In this document: positions 9,080-19,073 of the stretch, in pieces
Layout: every line of letters begins with the position of its first letter
How positions within the stretch are numbered: position 1 is the first letter of the stretch
Origin: a virus
Taxonomy: Duplodnaviria; Caudoviricetes
Strand: one strand, 5' to 3'
DNA length: 64,000 bases
Virus record (IMG/VR): IMGVR_UViG_3300048024_000800
Coordinates: 1-64,000 of that record
Notes under the pieces: generated by a model
What the model was told of the DNA's origin: nothing
What the model saw: the letters and a program-made list of their open reading frames with translations, nothing else
Database searches by the model: none
Position numbers and translations under genes: made by a program

Positions 9080-9898
9080 ATGGCAGAATCAACATTAGAA
9101 AAAGATCAAACAATGGACGATACGCGCAAAAAGTTGCGTGAAATTTACAGCTTCACTTTTGAGAAAGAAGAAAAAGCAAAAAAAACTGAAACGAAAAAAG
9201 TAACCAATCCTGAGAGTGGAGAGGAAGAGGAAATTTCTGTCACTAAGGAAGTTGTAGATAAGATTCCATATAGGGTCATAATGAAGCAGCCTAACAGAAG
9301 GCAAATCGAAGAAGCCGAGCTAGAGTTTAGTGTTGAAATGAGCAACTGTATTAAGAGAGGCATTTTGACCAAAGCTATGCTCGCAAAAAAATACAGTGAC
9401 ACGGGCGGCCTTCTTGCGGAAGAAGATGCGAAAGCTCTCACCAAAATGTATATTCGTTACGGAGAACTTTCCCAAGAAAGCGAAAAGAAACAAATCAAAA
9501 ACCTTAAGACAGATGAGGATAAAAAGCGGCTCGAAGAGATCGCTGGAGAAATCGCTACATTAAGAAAAGATATCATTAATGTCGAAACATCTTATTCTAA
9601 TTTATTTAATCATACTGCCGACGTTCGAGCAGAAAATAAAGTTATTCAATGGTATATTCTTCATTTAACGTTTATACAAAAAGATGATTCTGATGATTCA
9701 ACTCCTCTATTTGAGGGAAATGATTTTGATCAAAAGCTTCAAACTTATTATGAGCTAGAAGAAAATGGAGATGAGCTTTACGACTTGGTTGGTGGAAAAA
9801 TCGCAGCCCTATACAGCTTTTGGTATTATAGTTCTGGCGCGGTATCTACGGCCGATTTTGAAAAGTTAGACAACGATATCGAAGAGGGTAACATTTAG
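9080..9898 (+). CDS. Putative tail assembly chaperone
   Basis: Acidic, coiled-coil-rich; lies upstream of the tape measure gene. Confidence 0.5.
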   Translation: MAESTLEKDQTMDDTRKKLREIYSFTFEKEEKAKKTETKKVTNPESGEEEEISVTKEVVDKIPYRVIMKQPNRRQIEEAELEFSVEMSNCIKRGILTKAMLAKKYSDTGGLLAEEDAKALTKMYIRYGELSQESEKKQIKNLKTDEDKKRLEEIAGEIATLRKDIINVETSYSNLFNHTADVRAENKVIQWYILHLTFIQKDDSDDSTPLFEGNDFDQKLQTYYELEENGDELYDLVGGKIAALYSFWYYSSGAVSTADFEKLDNDIEEGNI

Positions 9899-9903
9899 TA
9901 TGC

Positions 9904-10890
9904 GTGGAAACTGTCAAGCGCAGAAAAATATTTAGAGATATAGTTCGAGGTTTCTCTGCTACAATCTTTAAGGATGATTATGTTTACATAAAACACTTGA
10001 CTCCTCATGATCAAGTAGAACTTGAGGAGATAGAGGAAAAATATTTTAATATAGCTTTAAGAAAAGGAGTTCCCACAGAAGAGGATATGCTCGCCTACCT
10101 TAAGCAAGAGGGCGAATGGTCTGAAGATGACGATAAGTTTATTGTTGACAAACAAATATTTGTAGAAAATTTAAAAAAAGCACAGTCTAAAATAATTCTT
10201 AAATCAGATGTTGATCGACAATCCAAGTTGATCGAGAAAGAAGAAAGTTTATTGCGGCAAAAGCAATTCGAGAAAATTTCTTTGATCGGAAACACTTGCG
10301 AAAAATATGCAAAAGATAGATTAAATGATTTTTATATGATTAAAAGTTTTTTCTCTGATGTTGATATGAGGAAGCCTTTATTTAGTCAAGATAAATTTGA
10401 TGAGCTTGATAATCATGATATAAAAGTTGTTATAAATAGATACAATGAAATATTCGAAAGCTTTAATGAAGAAAATATACAATATACTATACTAGAAGAT
10501 TTTTATAATCCATATTTAAGTTTTGCTGAAGATAGTATGCAATTTTATGGCAAAGCATTTTGTGACTTAACATATAATCAAATAAGATTAATTGTATATA
10601 CTAGAGTATTTAAAAATATATTTGACTCAAATGAAAATATTCCTGAAAATATAAGAAAAGATCCTGCGAAATTGCTAGAGTTTGGAAGCAGCTCTAGGGA
10701 GGAGCGGGACAAAGCTAAGGATAAACTTTCGCAGGGAGATGGAGGCACTATAGTTGGGGCAAAGGACGAAGATTATGAGTATCTTGGAGTCGAAAAGCCA
10801 AAGAATACAATAAATCTTCATGAAGAAGCAAAAAAGAAGGGCGGCACTTTAAATATGGAAGATTTAATGAAATTACATGGCGTAGGATAA
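9904..10890 (+). CDS. Putative tail assembly chaperone (second)
   Basis: Immediately precedes the tape measure gene; helical; GTG start. Confidence 0.5.
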   Translation: METVKRRKIFRDIVRGFSATIFKDDYVYIKHLTPHDQVELEEIEEKYFNIALRKGVPTEEDMLAYLKQEGEWSEDDDKFIVDKQIFVENLKKAQSKIILKSDVDRQSKLIEKEESLLRQKQFEKISLIGNTCEKYAKDRLNDFYMIKSFFSDVDMRKPLFSQDKFDELDNHDIKVVINRYNEIFESFNEENIQYTILEDFYNPYLSFAEDSMQFYGKAFCDLTYNQIRLIVYTRVFKNIFDSNENIPENIRKDPAKLLEFGSSSREERDKAKDKLSQGDGGTIVGAKDEDYEYLGVEKPKNTINLHEEAKKKGGTLNMEDLMKLHGVG

Positions 10891-10895
10891 TTTTG

Positions 10896-10900
10896 GTGTA
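10896..10900 (+). promoter_or_regulatory. Putative late promoter motif GTGTA for the tape measure operon
   Basis: ttttgGTGTAttaatac followed by AAGGAATAAGGA leader and ATG 10930. Confidence 0.6.
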
Positions 10901-10929
10901 TTAATACCTTATCTAAGGAATAAGGAAAT

Positions 10930-13900
10930 ATGTCTATAAATTTAAATGTAAACGGTAATACGGCCCCGCTGGAGGCAGCTGTTCAGGCGGCTGTAAACAG
11001 AATTCGCAAGACTCCAATCAAGGTAACTGTTGACGATAAGGGCGCTACTCAGCCCTTGGGCAATATGAAGCGGGGCGCTGATGAGTTTAGCAAATCGATG
11101 GAAGCTGCGAACGCTCGTATTATAGCTTTTGGAGCAAGTATGGCGATTATAAATGGAATTTCTGACGCATTCAAAGCTATGGTCACCAATGTCGTTCAGG
11201 TAGAAAAAGCTTTGGCAGATATTAATGTTGTGATGGGTTTAAGTTTGGCTAACTTGGATAAGTTTTCAGACTCTTTATTTAAGGTGGCGAAGGAAACTGC
11301 TGCAAGTTTTGATGTAGCTGCTGCAGCAGCCACGGAATATGCACGTCAAGGTTTAGCTGTTGAGGAAACCTTGAAAAGAACCAAGGACGCTTTAATCTTG
11401 ACTCGATTAACAGGCATGGACTCTGCAAATGCAGTTAAAGCTTTAACTGCCGCGATGAATACATACGGAGATCAAATAAAAGATACTACTCAATTGGTTA
11501 GTAAGTTTGCCGCAGTAGACGTTAAGTTTGCGGTTAGCGCGGAAGACTTTGCTGATGCAATATCTCGTACTGGTCAGGCTGCAAAAAGTGCTGGAGTAGA
11601 TATTGATGAGTTGGTGGGTCTGGTTACTGCAGCGCAGCAGCAAACTGCTAGAGGTGGTAAAGTAATCGGAAACTCGTTTAAAACAATTTTCACGAGAATA
11701 GGAAGAACTGATACATTAAATCAATTAGAAAACTTGGGCATTGCTGTTCGAGATGTCGAAGGAAATACAATCGGCGCAAAAAGAATTTTGACTGATCTTG
11801 CAAATACGTTTGACTCTTTGACCGAGTCGCAAAAAGCTCAAATTGCACAAACAGTTGGTGGAGTTTTTCAAATCAATGTTCTTAAGGCTGTATTAAGTGA
11901 TGCCGCGAAACAAAACGGAATTCTTGCGAACGCAACACAAATTTCTGCAGGGGCTACGGATGAAGCTATACAAAAGAATGAACAACTAAGAAGCACAATG
12001 TCTGCAATGGCTAGCGAAACAGGTCTCGCGCTTAAAGAAGTTTCTGCTAAAATAGGGGAGCTCGCGATAGCTCCTGGAATGGAAAAGATTTTAAATATCG
12101 TTAAAGGTTTTGCGGAAGGAGCTTCTGATATGCTTGGAGATGGAGAGTCTTCTGGAAATAAATTTGCTACAGGTTTTTTAAAAGGACTCGGTAATATTAT
12201 TACTGGTCCGGGATTGGTTGTTATCGTTGCCGTGTTTGGCAAACTATTTTTGAAAGCGGCTCAGTATGCTCGAGAAAGTTTGGGCTCGTTGATTGGTGTT
12301 ACGAGTGAAGCTCAAAAACAAAAAGCTATACAAACTTCTTTGGTCACTTTATTTGGTCAGAACGCAGCTCTTAGCAAGGAAATGTTGCGCACCGATATCT
12401 CTCGAACAGAAAAGGAAAGAATAATTCTTGGATTGCTTAAAGCTCAGGTAGTGGAAGCTAATGCTTTAAACACTATCGCGAGAAGTTCTGCAGCTAATTT
12501 GTATCAAAAAGGTTACGGATCTAATCTTGCTCCCAGAGCAAAACCTCGCCGTACAAGCGCGCAAGGTTATATACCTAATTATGTAGACGCTGAGCGCCAG
12601 CAAGCCGCACAAGGTGGGTATGCTGCTGGAAGTATTCGCAGTATGAACATGCCTGGCGAAGGCTCGGTGATATACAACAGTGCAGAAAAAGTAAAGAATT
12701 TTAAAGGTATGAGTCAGCCCGCGATTATGCCTCCAAAGTCAAGTAAAGCTGGAGAAAATTATCAACAAGCATTTGGCAGTATACATGGATTTGATCCATA
12801 TGCTGCAGGAGGATATATACCGAATTTTGCGAAAAAAACCGCATCTAAAACTTCTGATATTCCACGAAATCTTAATTCTAAAAAACTGGGAGATCTGAAT
12901 AAAGATTCTTCTTTAATTTTATTAACCGCTGACTCTTCTGCTGATAGCGAGTCGAGGTTCTTTGTGGGAAAAGACCCTAAGGGTGGGACAAAAATTTTAA
13001 ACACTGCAGATCTAGCTTCAAAGAGGACTACGGGTTATTACCAAGTAGATGTTCCGTATTATTCTCTAGATAAAAACGACAAAAGTAGGAAAAGTAAAAT
13101 AGACTTACCCTCGATACAAAAGGCAATTACTGCTGCAGCATCAGGCAAAGCTCTTGATATAGCCAAGCAAATTGTCGGGGGAGAGAAGAATTTAAAACCT
13201 TTTAATAGAGAACAAATTAAAGAAACATTTAATAAAGGCGCTTTTAAGGGCGCCGCTGGTAGCGCATTCGAGAGTGCAATAGCTGCAGCCCTTGACTCTT
13301 ATTTGTTTCAAGATTATAAAGCAAGAACTGATACATCTGCTATAGATTTACCTTATGACCCTAAGGTGTTTCAGTATTTTGGAGCTCCTCCTGGTGCTGG
13401 GAAAATGGGGGCAGAGGTAAAAGCTGATCTAGCTAACAATTTGCAACAAGGTGCCGCCAATAAGTTTTATCAGGTTTTAGCGGGGGGTCGTGCGGCATGG
13501 CAATATAAGGATAAAAATTTTAAGGACCAAATGAGGGGGCCGGCTGAAGATGCAGGTTTGGAAAGAAGGGGGGGCGCTTATTTTAAGAAAGGTAGGGCTT
13601 ACGGTCATATTCCAAACTTCGCCGCAGCGCGACTAGCTCTCACGGGTGGATTGGTTGGAAAAAACAAATTTGGCAATATAGATCGCAGGCAGATGACAAG
13701 ACTAGTAAGATCTAATCCTTACTTCAACGGCTTGATGAATGAACATCTTACATGGGACAGTTTTCCGAAAAAAGATAAGCGTAAATTAAGCAGGTGGCTA
13801 CTCAAACAAGGGGTGTCTAACCGAGCCTTACAAGCGTATGGTCTTGCAAGCATGCATTCAAAATCGATCGGAGAGGGAATCTCAAACTTAGCTATGGCGA

Positions 13901-16900
13901 AAGGCTATATTCCTAACTTTGCTGACCCATTATCTGATGCGATAGGTAGGGAAAAAGAGGCTGGAGTTCCTGTTTCAAAAATAAGAATTGGCTCTCATTC
14001 AGCGCTAATGAATAAAAGCAATCCGATTGGTCTGGGCGTAACCAATACAGACGATGAACCAAATGGATTGCGAGATGTATTTGGAGCTGCTAATGGATAT
14101 GTGCCGAATTATTTTAATCCATGGGAGCGCTTAAAAAGTTCGGTAAAGAATAGCGATTTTGGAAAAAGCTGGGATAAGGCTACGGCGCAGCACACCAAAG
14201 AAATACAAAGATTAAACGCCAGAATCAAACAAAGAGAGCAAGCTTTAAGCAAGCATAATCAAGAGTTATCAGCACTCACTAAGGGGACTAGTGAGTATAA
14301 CGCAGTTCAGAGAAAAATAAGAGACACCACCAAAAATTTAAATAAAGCTACGCAAAAAAAGACTGCCCTCCTAAACTCTCCTGCGCCTGGCGTCGGGGGC
14401 AAGATGGGTAGATTTAGTCAAGGTCTCGGAAAAGCTTTTTCTGGAAATTCAGGCATGATGATGATGATGGGAGCTCCTATGGCGGCAGGGTTTCTTCAGC
14501 AAGGGGGGATGGGTGCACAGGGAGGAAATCAAAATATGTACGCTGCAGGTGGAGCCTTAAGCGGTGCCGCTTCCGGAGCTATGATGGCAAGCATGATAGC
14601 CCCAATGTTTGGACCTGGAGCTCCTTTAGTTATAGGTATTGGTGGACTAATTGGAGGACTTGAGGGCTTAGCGGCTGCAAATGAAGAAAATACAAAAGCA
14701 TTAAAAGAAGTCGAGAAAGAAAGAAGGCAGCAGGTTGTATCTTCTTTTGTAGGTGCAGATCCTAAGTTCATGCAAAAATTTTCCAAGAACATATTTAAAG
14801 ACCTGAGCCCAGAAGACAAATCAGTCATGAGAATGGCAGCGCCTGAGTTTACAGCCACTAAACCCCCCGATGTTAGCGAAAAAGACATATTTACGAGAAG
14901 CGCAGTTAACCCAATAGCTAAAATGAAAATTCCTTTTTTGTCTCCGCTGTTTTCTCCAAGCGACGAAGAAAGAGCGCAAGCTACGGAATATAGAGAACAG
15001 ATGGATGAACAAAAGCAATTTCAAAAATACCAAAAATACCAAGTTAGCAATATGAGAAAAGCTTTGGGGTCTATGGGGGATGAAGAATTTTTGTTGCCAA
15101 ATTATCAAAAAAATAAGCAAGGTAAAATACAAACAAAAGGGCAACCCGAGTTAAAAAAAGCTTCTGCATATCTAGAAAATTTAGAAAACATAGGGTTTTT
15201 TGAGGTAAAAGATACTGGTGACGTAGCGAGGGTTGAAGCTCTTCGGTCAAAGTTATACGAAATCTACCAAAGCAATCTAACCCAGCAAGAAAAAGCCTTA
15301 ATTCTTCAATTAAACTTTCAGCGAGTGATGTTAAAATCCCAAAAAGCTGCCGCGGATACTCAATTAGATATAAAAAGTAAATATCTAAAACAATCTAATT
15401 TATTAGATTCTCAAGAAAAGATTCTCGGTGGTTTGATAAGCGAAGAGCAAAAAGTTAGAATTCAATACAATAAAAATTTAACAAAAGCTTCTGAGGCGTA
15501 TGCTAGTGGAGCTGCCAAGGCGGAATCTGATTTTTCTATGGGCCTGCTTCAAGATATTCAGGGACAAGGTAGGGATAGCCTTAGATCTGCAATAAAGCAA
15601 GAGTTGTTTAATCGGATGACCAACGAAGAACAGCGTGGAAAGGGAACCGCAGAGAGTATTTCAAATGTCGAACTCTCTGGAGAATTAGCCGCAATGTCAT
15701 CTAAGGAAAAAGAAGAATTTTTAACGAGCTTAAAAAATAAAAATAAGGGGCTCGATAACGAAATTAATGAAATACTAGGCAATAGACAATTAATATATGA
15801 TAACCAAATAAACACCCTAGAAAAACAAAAAACTCTTTCTGATGGTCAGAGCCTGTCTCAAAAAAATCTCAATGAAAAAATTGCTAAACAAAAAGACCTA
15901 ATGGTTGATGTTAACAGGGAGATGCAAGCTTACATCCGTGGGTTAGATAATGCTGCTCAATCCAGGGTAATAGCTTCTGAAATTACCGCTGCTAGATTTG
16001 GAGCTAGACCTCAAACACAAGAAGCAACTTTTGCGGAGCAACAAAGATTGGTCAAGGAAAGACAGCAAGGTATTCGCGAATCATATACAAAAAGCGCAGT
16101 TTCAGAAATGCAAAAACTGGCAACTGATAAAGGTTTAACTAAGGAGCAAAGATTGGAAATTGCTGCTGACCCATCAAAATTAAAAGGTATGTCTTCAGCG
16201 GCTATTGACTCTATGGAGAAAAGCTTTAAATCAAGAGGAGGGTCGAGGAAAACTACAATGCTAGATCAATTAATAAAAAATAGCCCTACTGACACGGAAG
16301 ACCAAAAAAAATTAAAAATTTCAAGAAAACAGGAATTGGATGAATTAAAAACCCTTGAACAATCAATTACTGACGCAAAAGCTCAAACATCCAAACAAGA
16401 AGACGATATTATTGCCAAGCTTGAAGAGCAAAAAAATAAAGTTGAAGAAAGAATATCAAAAGAAAAAATATTGCAAGAAATAAGAGAAAAAGAATACACC
16501 CGAAGAACTGGCCCAGGTGCTTTCGGAGAGGGCGTTAAGGATGCTGGGATAGATATGGAAAAGCGGGTCGCTATGATGGACTACGAGCTTGGAACAAGGC
16601 TTCCTCAAACATTTGCTAATGGTTTGTCTGGAGCGTTCATTGAGGCGATCAATGGAGCCAAGGACTTGGACGACGCGCTCAGAGACGCTGGCTTGAATTT
16701 CTTGAAGATGATTCAAGAAGCCATGATGCAAAAAATGGTCATGCAAATGATGGGAGGCTTGGGATTTTCGCAAGGAGGTAATGTCCGCAATTACTCGAAG
16801 GGCGGAAATGTTCCCGCAAGAGTTTCGAATGGAGAATATTTAATGAGTCGAGAGGCTGTAAATAAATACGGCGGATCATTTATGCATGGATTGAACGCCC

Positions 16901-17946
16901 GAGGAAAAGCTCCTGGATTTTCTTCTGGAGGAAGAACTATTCAGCCAGGATCCGCACTGGCTGCTAATTTTGGCGGAGCCGAAGGTTATAAATCCGGAAA
17001 AAGGTACCAATCTCAAGCAATGTCTTCATTTTTTTATAGCGGACAATCCGGCAATCCTGGACTGCGGGAGGACACCGACGAAATGAGTAAAATATTGGCA
17101 GAAAGAGAGCAAGCAAGGTTGAGAGCTGAGGCTGAGGCAAAAGCAAAAAAACAAGAAAAAAGAGCCATGTGGGGCATGCTTGCCGGAATTGTCGCGACCT
17201 CAGCGGCGAGCTCATTAATGGATCATTTCTCTAGTTCAAACTTAACTGCAGACGCAAAGGCTGATGGTTATACTGTAGACACTCCTTCTGGGGTTAGGTC
17301 TGCCACAAAAGATGGTTACCAATACAGTCTTCTGCCTGGCGCTAGCGACAAAGGATTTGATAATGTTTCTAAAACCAGAAGCTGGAACCCTTTTAGCTGG
17401 GGAGGTTCTGGAGCTGGAGCCAGCATAAATGAAAGGCAATTTCAATTTAATGATTTTCAGGCTTCTCCGAATTATGGCGTTCCCCCCGACCCGTTCGGCT
17501 ATAAGGACCCTAGGCTTGCGTATTTTGGTGGAAAAATAGGTAACTACGCAAATGGCGGACCTATTTCTGGGAAATCTGGAATCGATCAAATTCCTGCGAT
17601 GCTTAGCGAGGGCGAGTATGTCGTTAAAGCTAGTAGTGCGAGACAGATTGGTAGGCCAATGCTTGACCAAATAAATGCAGGAAAGTTTTATGATGGAGGG
17701 CAAGTATCTACTTTAAGCCAGAACTCGGAATCTTCCGTATCTGAGGGTAATACAAATAATATAAATATTTCCGTAAATATAGAAAATGGAACAGTAAAAG
17801 AATCTAATGAAAACTCAAAGGATCAGGATTCGAAAAATCAGGATTCTAGTAGTGAGTCTAAGATCGCCCAAAAAATTAAACAACAAGTAGTTGCTGTAAT
17901 AATAGAAGAACAAAGGATTGGGGGTCTTTTAAACAAGTCTAAATGA
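10930..17946 (+). CDS. Tail tape measure protein (TP901-type core) with internal repeated motifs and cargo-like domains
   Basis: 2338 aa, Ala/Gly-rich; TP901-like core (EYARQG, FAVSAED...AISRTG, G.VIGNSFKTIFTRI, LENLGIAV); C-terminal IPAMLSEGEYVV motif. Confidence 0.92.
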   Translation: MSINLNVNGNTAPLEAAVQAAVNRIRKTPIKVTVDDKGATQPLGNMKRGADEFSKSMEAANARIIAFGASMAIINGISDAFKAMVTNVVQVEKALADINVVMGLSLANLDKFSDSLFKVAKETAASFDVAAAAATEYARQGLAVEETLKRTKDALILTRLTGMDSANAVKALTAAMNTYGDQIKDTTQLVSKFAAVDVKFAVSAEDFADAISRTGQAAKSAGVDIDELVGLVTAAQQQTARGGKVIGNSFKTIFTRIGRTDTLNQLENLGIAVRDVEGNTIGAKRILTDLANTFDSLTESQKAQIAQTVGGVFQINVLKAVLSDAAKQNGILANATQISAGATDEAIQKNEQLRSTMSAMASETGLALKEVSAKIGELAIAPGMEKILNIVKGFAEGASDMLGDGESSGNKFATGFLKGLGNIITGPGLVVIVAVFGKLFLKAAQYARESLGSLIGVTSEAQKQKAIQTSLVTLFGQNAALSKEMLRTDISRTEKERIILGLLKAQVVEANALNTIARSSAANLYQKGYGSNLAPRAKPRRTSAQGYIPNYVDAERQQAAQGGYAAGSIRSMNMPGEGSVIYNSAEKVKNFKGMSQPAIMPPKSSKAGENYQQAFGSIHGFDPYAAGGYIPNFAKKTASKTSDIPRNLNSKKLGDLNKDSSLILLTADSSADSESRFFVGKDPKGGTKILNTADLASKRTTGYYQVDVPYYSLDKNDKSRKSKIDLPSIQKAITAAASGKALDIAKQIVGGEKNLKPFNREQIKETFNKGAFKGAAGSAFESAIAAALDSYLFQDYKARTDTSAIDLPYDPKVFQYFGAPPGAGKMGAEVKADLANNLQQGAANKFYQVLAGGRAAWQYKDKNFKDQMRGPAEDAGLERRGGAYFKKGRAYGHIPNFAAARLALTGGLVGKNKFGNIDRRQMTRLVRSNPYFNGLMNEHLTWDSFPKKDKRKLSRWLLKQGVSNRALQAYGLASMHSKSIGEGISNLAMAKGYIPNFADPLSDAIGREKEAGVPVSKIRIGSHSALMNKSNPIGLGVTNTDDEPNGLRDVFGAANGYVPNYFNPWERLKSSVKNSDFGKSWDKATAQHTKEIQRLNARIKQREQALSKHNQELSALTKGTSEYNAVQRKIRDTTKNLNKATQKKTALLNSPAPGVGGKMGRFSQGLGKAFSGNSGMMMMMGAPMAAGFLQQGGMGAQGGNQNMYAAGGALSGAASGAMMASMIAPMFGPGAPLVIGIGGLIGGLEGLAAANEENTKALKEVEKERRQQVVSSFVGADPKFMQKFSKNIFKDLSPEDKSVMRMAAPEFTATKPPDVSEKDIFTRSAVNPIAKMKIPFLSPLFSPSDEERAQATEYREQMDEQKQFQKYQKYQVSNMRKALGSMGDEEFLLPNYQKNKQGKIQTKGQPELKKASAYLENLENIGFFEVKDTGDVARVEALRSKLYEIYQSNLTQQEKALILQLNFQRVMLKSQKAAADTQLDIKSKYLKQSNLLDSQEKILGGLISEEQKVRIQYNKNLTKASEAYASGAAKAESDFSMGLLQDIQGQGRDSLRSAIKQELFNRMTNEEQRGKGTAESISNVELSGELAAMSSKEKEEFLTSLKNKNKGLDNEINEILGNRQLIYDNQINTLEKQKTLSDGQSLSQKNLNEKIAKQKDLMVDVNREMQAYIRGLDNAAQSRVIASEITAARFGARPQTQEATFAEQQRLVKERQQGIRESYTKSAVSEMQKLATDKGLTKEQRLEIAADPSKLKGMSSAAIDSMEKSFKSRGGSRKTTMLDQLIKNSPTDTEDQKKLKISRKQELDELKTLEQSITDAKAQTSKQEDDIIAKLEEQKNKVEERISKEKILQEIREKEYTRRTGPGAFGEGVKDAGIDMEKRVAMMDYELGTRLPQTFANGLSGAFIEAINGAKDLDDALRDAGLNFLKMIQEAMMQKMVMQMMGGLGFSQGGNVRNYSKGGNVPARVSNGEYLMSREAVNKYGGSFMHGLNARGKAPGFSSGGRTIQPGSALAANFGGAEGYKSGKRYQSQAMSSFFYSGQSGNPGLREDTDEMSKILAEREQARLRAEAEAKAKKQEKRAMWGMLAGIVATSAASSLMDHFSSSNLTADAKADGYTVDTPSGVRSATKDGYQYSLLPGASDKGFDNVSKTRSWNPFSWGGSGAGASINERQFQFNDFQASPNYGVPPDPFGYKDPRLAYFGGKIGNYANGGPISGKSGIDQIPAMLSEGEYVVKASSARQIGRPMLDQINAGKFYDGGQVSTLSQNSESSVSEGNTNNINISVNIENGTVKESNENSKDQDSKNQDSSSESKIAQKIKQQVVAVIIEEQRIGGLLNKSK

Positions 17947-19073
17947 GTTTCTCTAATTACCAACAAACCGTAATAATAAACGGAATATCTTTATCTGGGG
18001 TTCAAGATGTTAACGGAAGTTATGGAATCAATGAAAAGCCTGTTCGTGTTGCAGGGGCTGGATTTGTTGACGCTTTAATAGATTCTCCGCTAGAAGGAAA
18101 CTTTTCGATTTCAAGAAAAATGGTAAGCCGGGACCCTCTTCTCTCTTCCAATGTTATTGGCTCCTACGATTTTGATGAAGAAGAAATTAGCGGGGCTATA
18201 CTTTATGATGAAGCTAGCAAGGGGTTCGGGTTTACTAAAGGTAGGGTTTCCAGGTATTCTGTTTCTTGTTCTGTTGGAGATATTCCGTCTATCGAGACCG
18301 ATATTATTGTGTTTGGGTCGTTGGGAAAAAATGTTCTATCTGAAACTCGTTTCGAAATTAATGAGTCTTTTGCAAATTATCCATTTGGGGGCGATGATGT
18401 CTATTTCTTGGATTCTAATGGAAATCTTCTTGATGGTTCAAATTCAGAGAATTTAAAAACTAAATGGGATGGCGGATCTTTAGTCGTCAGTCAAAGTGAT
18501 TATAATTCTCTACCTTCTAACTCTCGCATATTCGACGATGGTGATGTTTTGGGTTTGGGCAGAAACGCATTCTCTTCGCAAGTTTCCTATGAGGGAGCTA
18601 TAAACAAAGAGCATCCACCAATACAATTTTGCGATCAATCTAGTATTAAGGTCAGTGTTAGTGATTTTGAAATAGATGCTGTCAGTGATTTTAGTTTTAG
18701 CAGGACAATAAACTTATCACCGATTTATGCAATACATCAAGGAAACGACCAAGAGTGGGATGAGGGCAAACTTAGTTTTCCTAACCTAGAGCCTGTTCAG
18801 ATAGATACTCAATATCCGATTGAGACAGATATAAATTTCACGATGATCGTTCAGTCTTATCAAATAAGAGAAATTAGGGAAAGAATACAGTCTGCCCCAA
18901 AAAGCGATGTATCTATTCAAATAAGGGATTCAAAGACCGATCAAATAATCAACTCTCTGGTCGGAAGAAACGTAAGACTTACAAGTGAATCTCTCACTTC
19001 GAATACAGAGCAGGAGATGTCCATATCTTTAACCTATAAAGGTTATGAAACCTCTCACAATCCCGTAATATGA
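17943..19073 (+). CDS. Tail tube-like/distal tail protein with an inserted domain
   Basis: Follows the tape measure gene; VSRYSVSCSVGDIPS echoes the tube motif YSIEAAVGGMPT. Confidence 0.55.
   Translation: MSFSNYQQTVIINGISLSGVQDVNGSYGINEKPVRVAGAGFVDALIDSPLEGNFSISRKMVSRDPLLSSNVIGSYDFDEEEISGAILYDEASKGFGFTKGRVSRYSVSCSVGDIPSIETDIIVFGSLGKNVLSETRFEINESFANYPFGGDDVYFLDSNGNLLDGSNSENLKTKWDGGSLVVSQSDYNSLPSNSRIFDDGDVLGLGRNAFSSQVSYEGAINKEHPPIQFCDQSSIKVSVSDFEIDAVSDFSFSRTINLSPIYAIHQGNDQEWDEGKLSFPNLEPVQIDTQYPIETDINFTMIVQSYQIREIRERIQSAPKSDVSIQIRDSKTDQIINSLVGRNVRLTSESLTSNTEQEMSISLTYKGYETSHNPVI

Noticed and set aside
9880-9910. Lambda G/GT-type -1 frameshift between the two chaperone genes
   Set aside because: The second ORF is in the -1 frame, but that frame has a TAA at 9889-9891 and no X XXY YYZ slippery heptamer fits in the few remaining bases.
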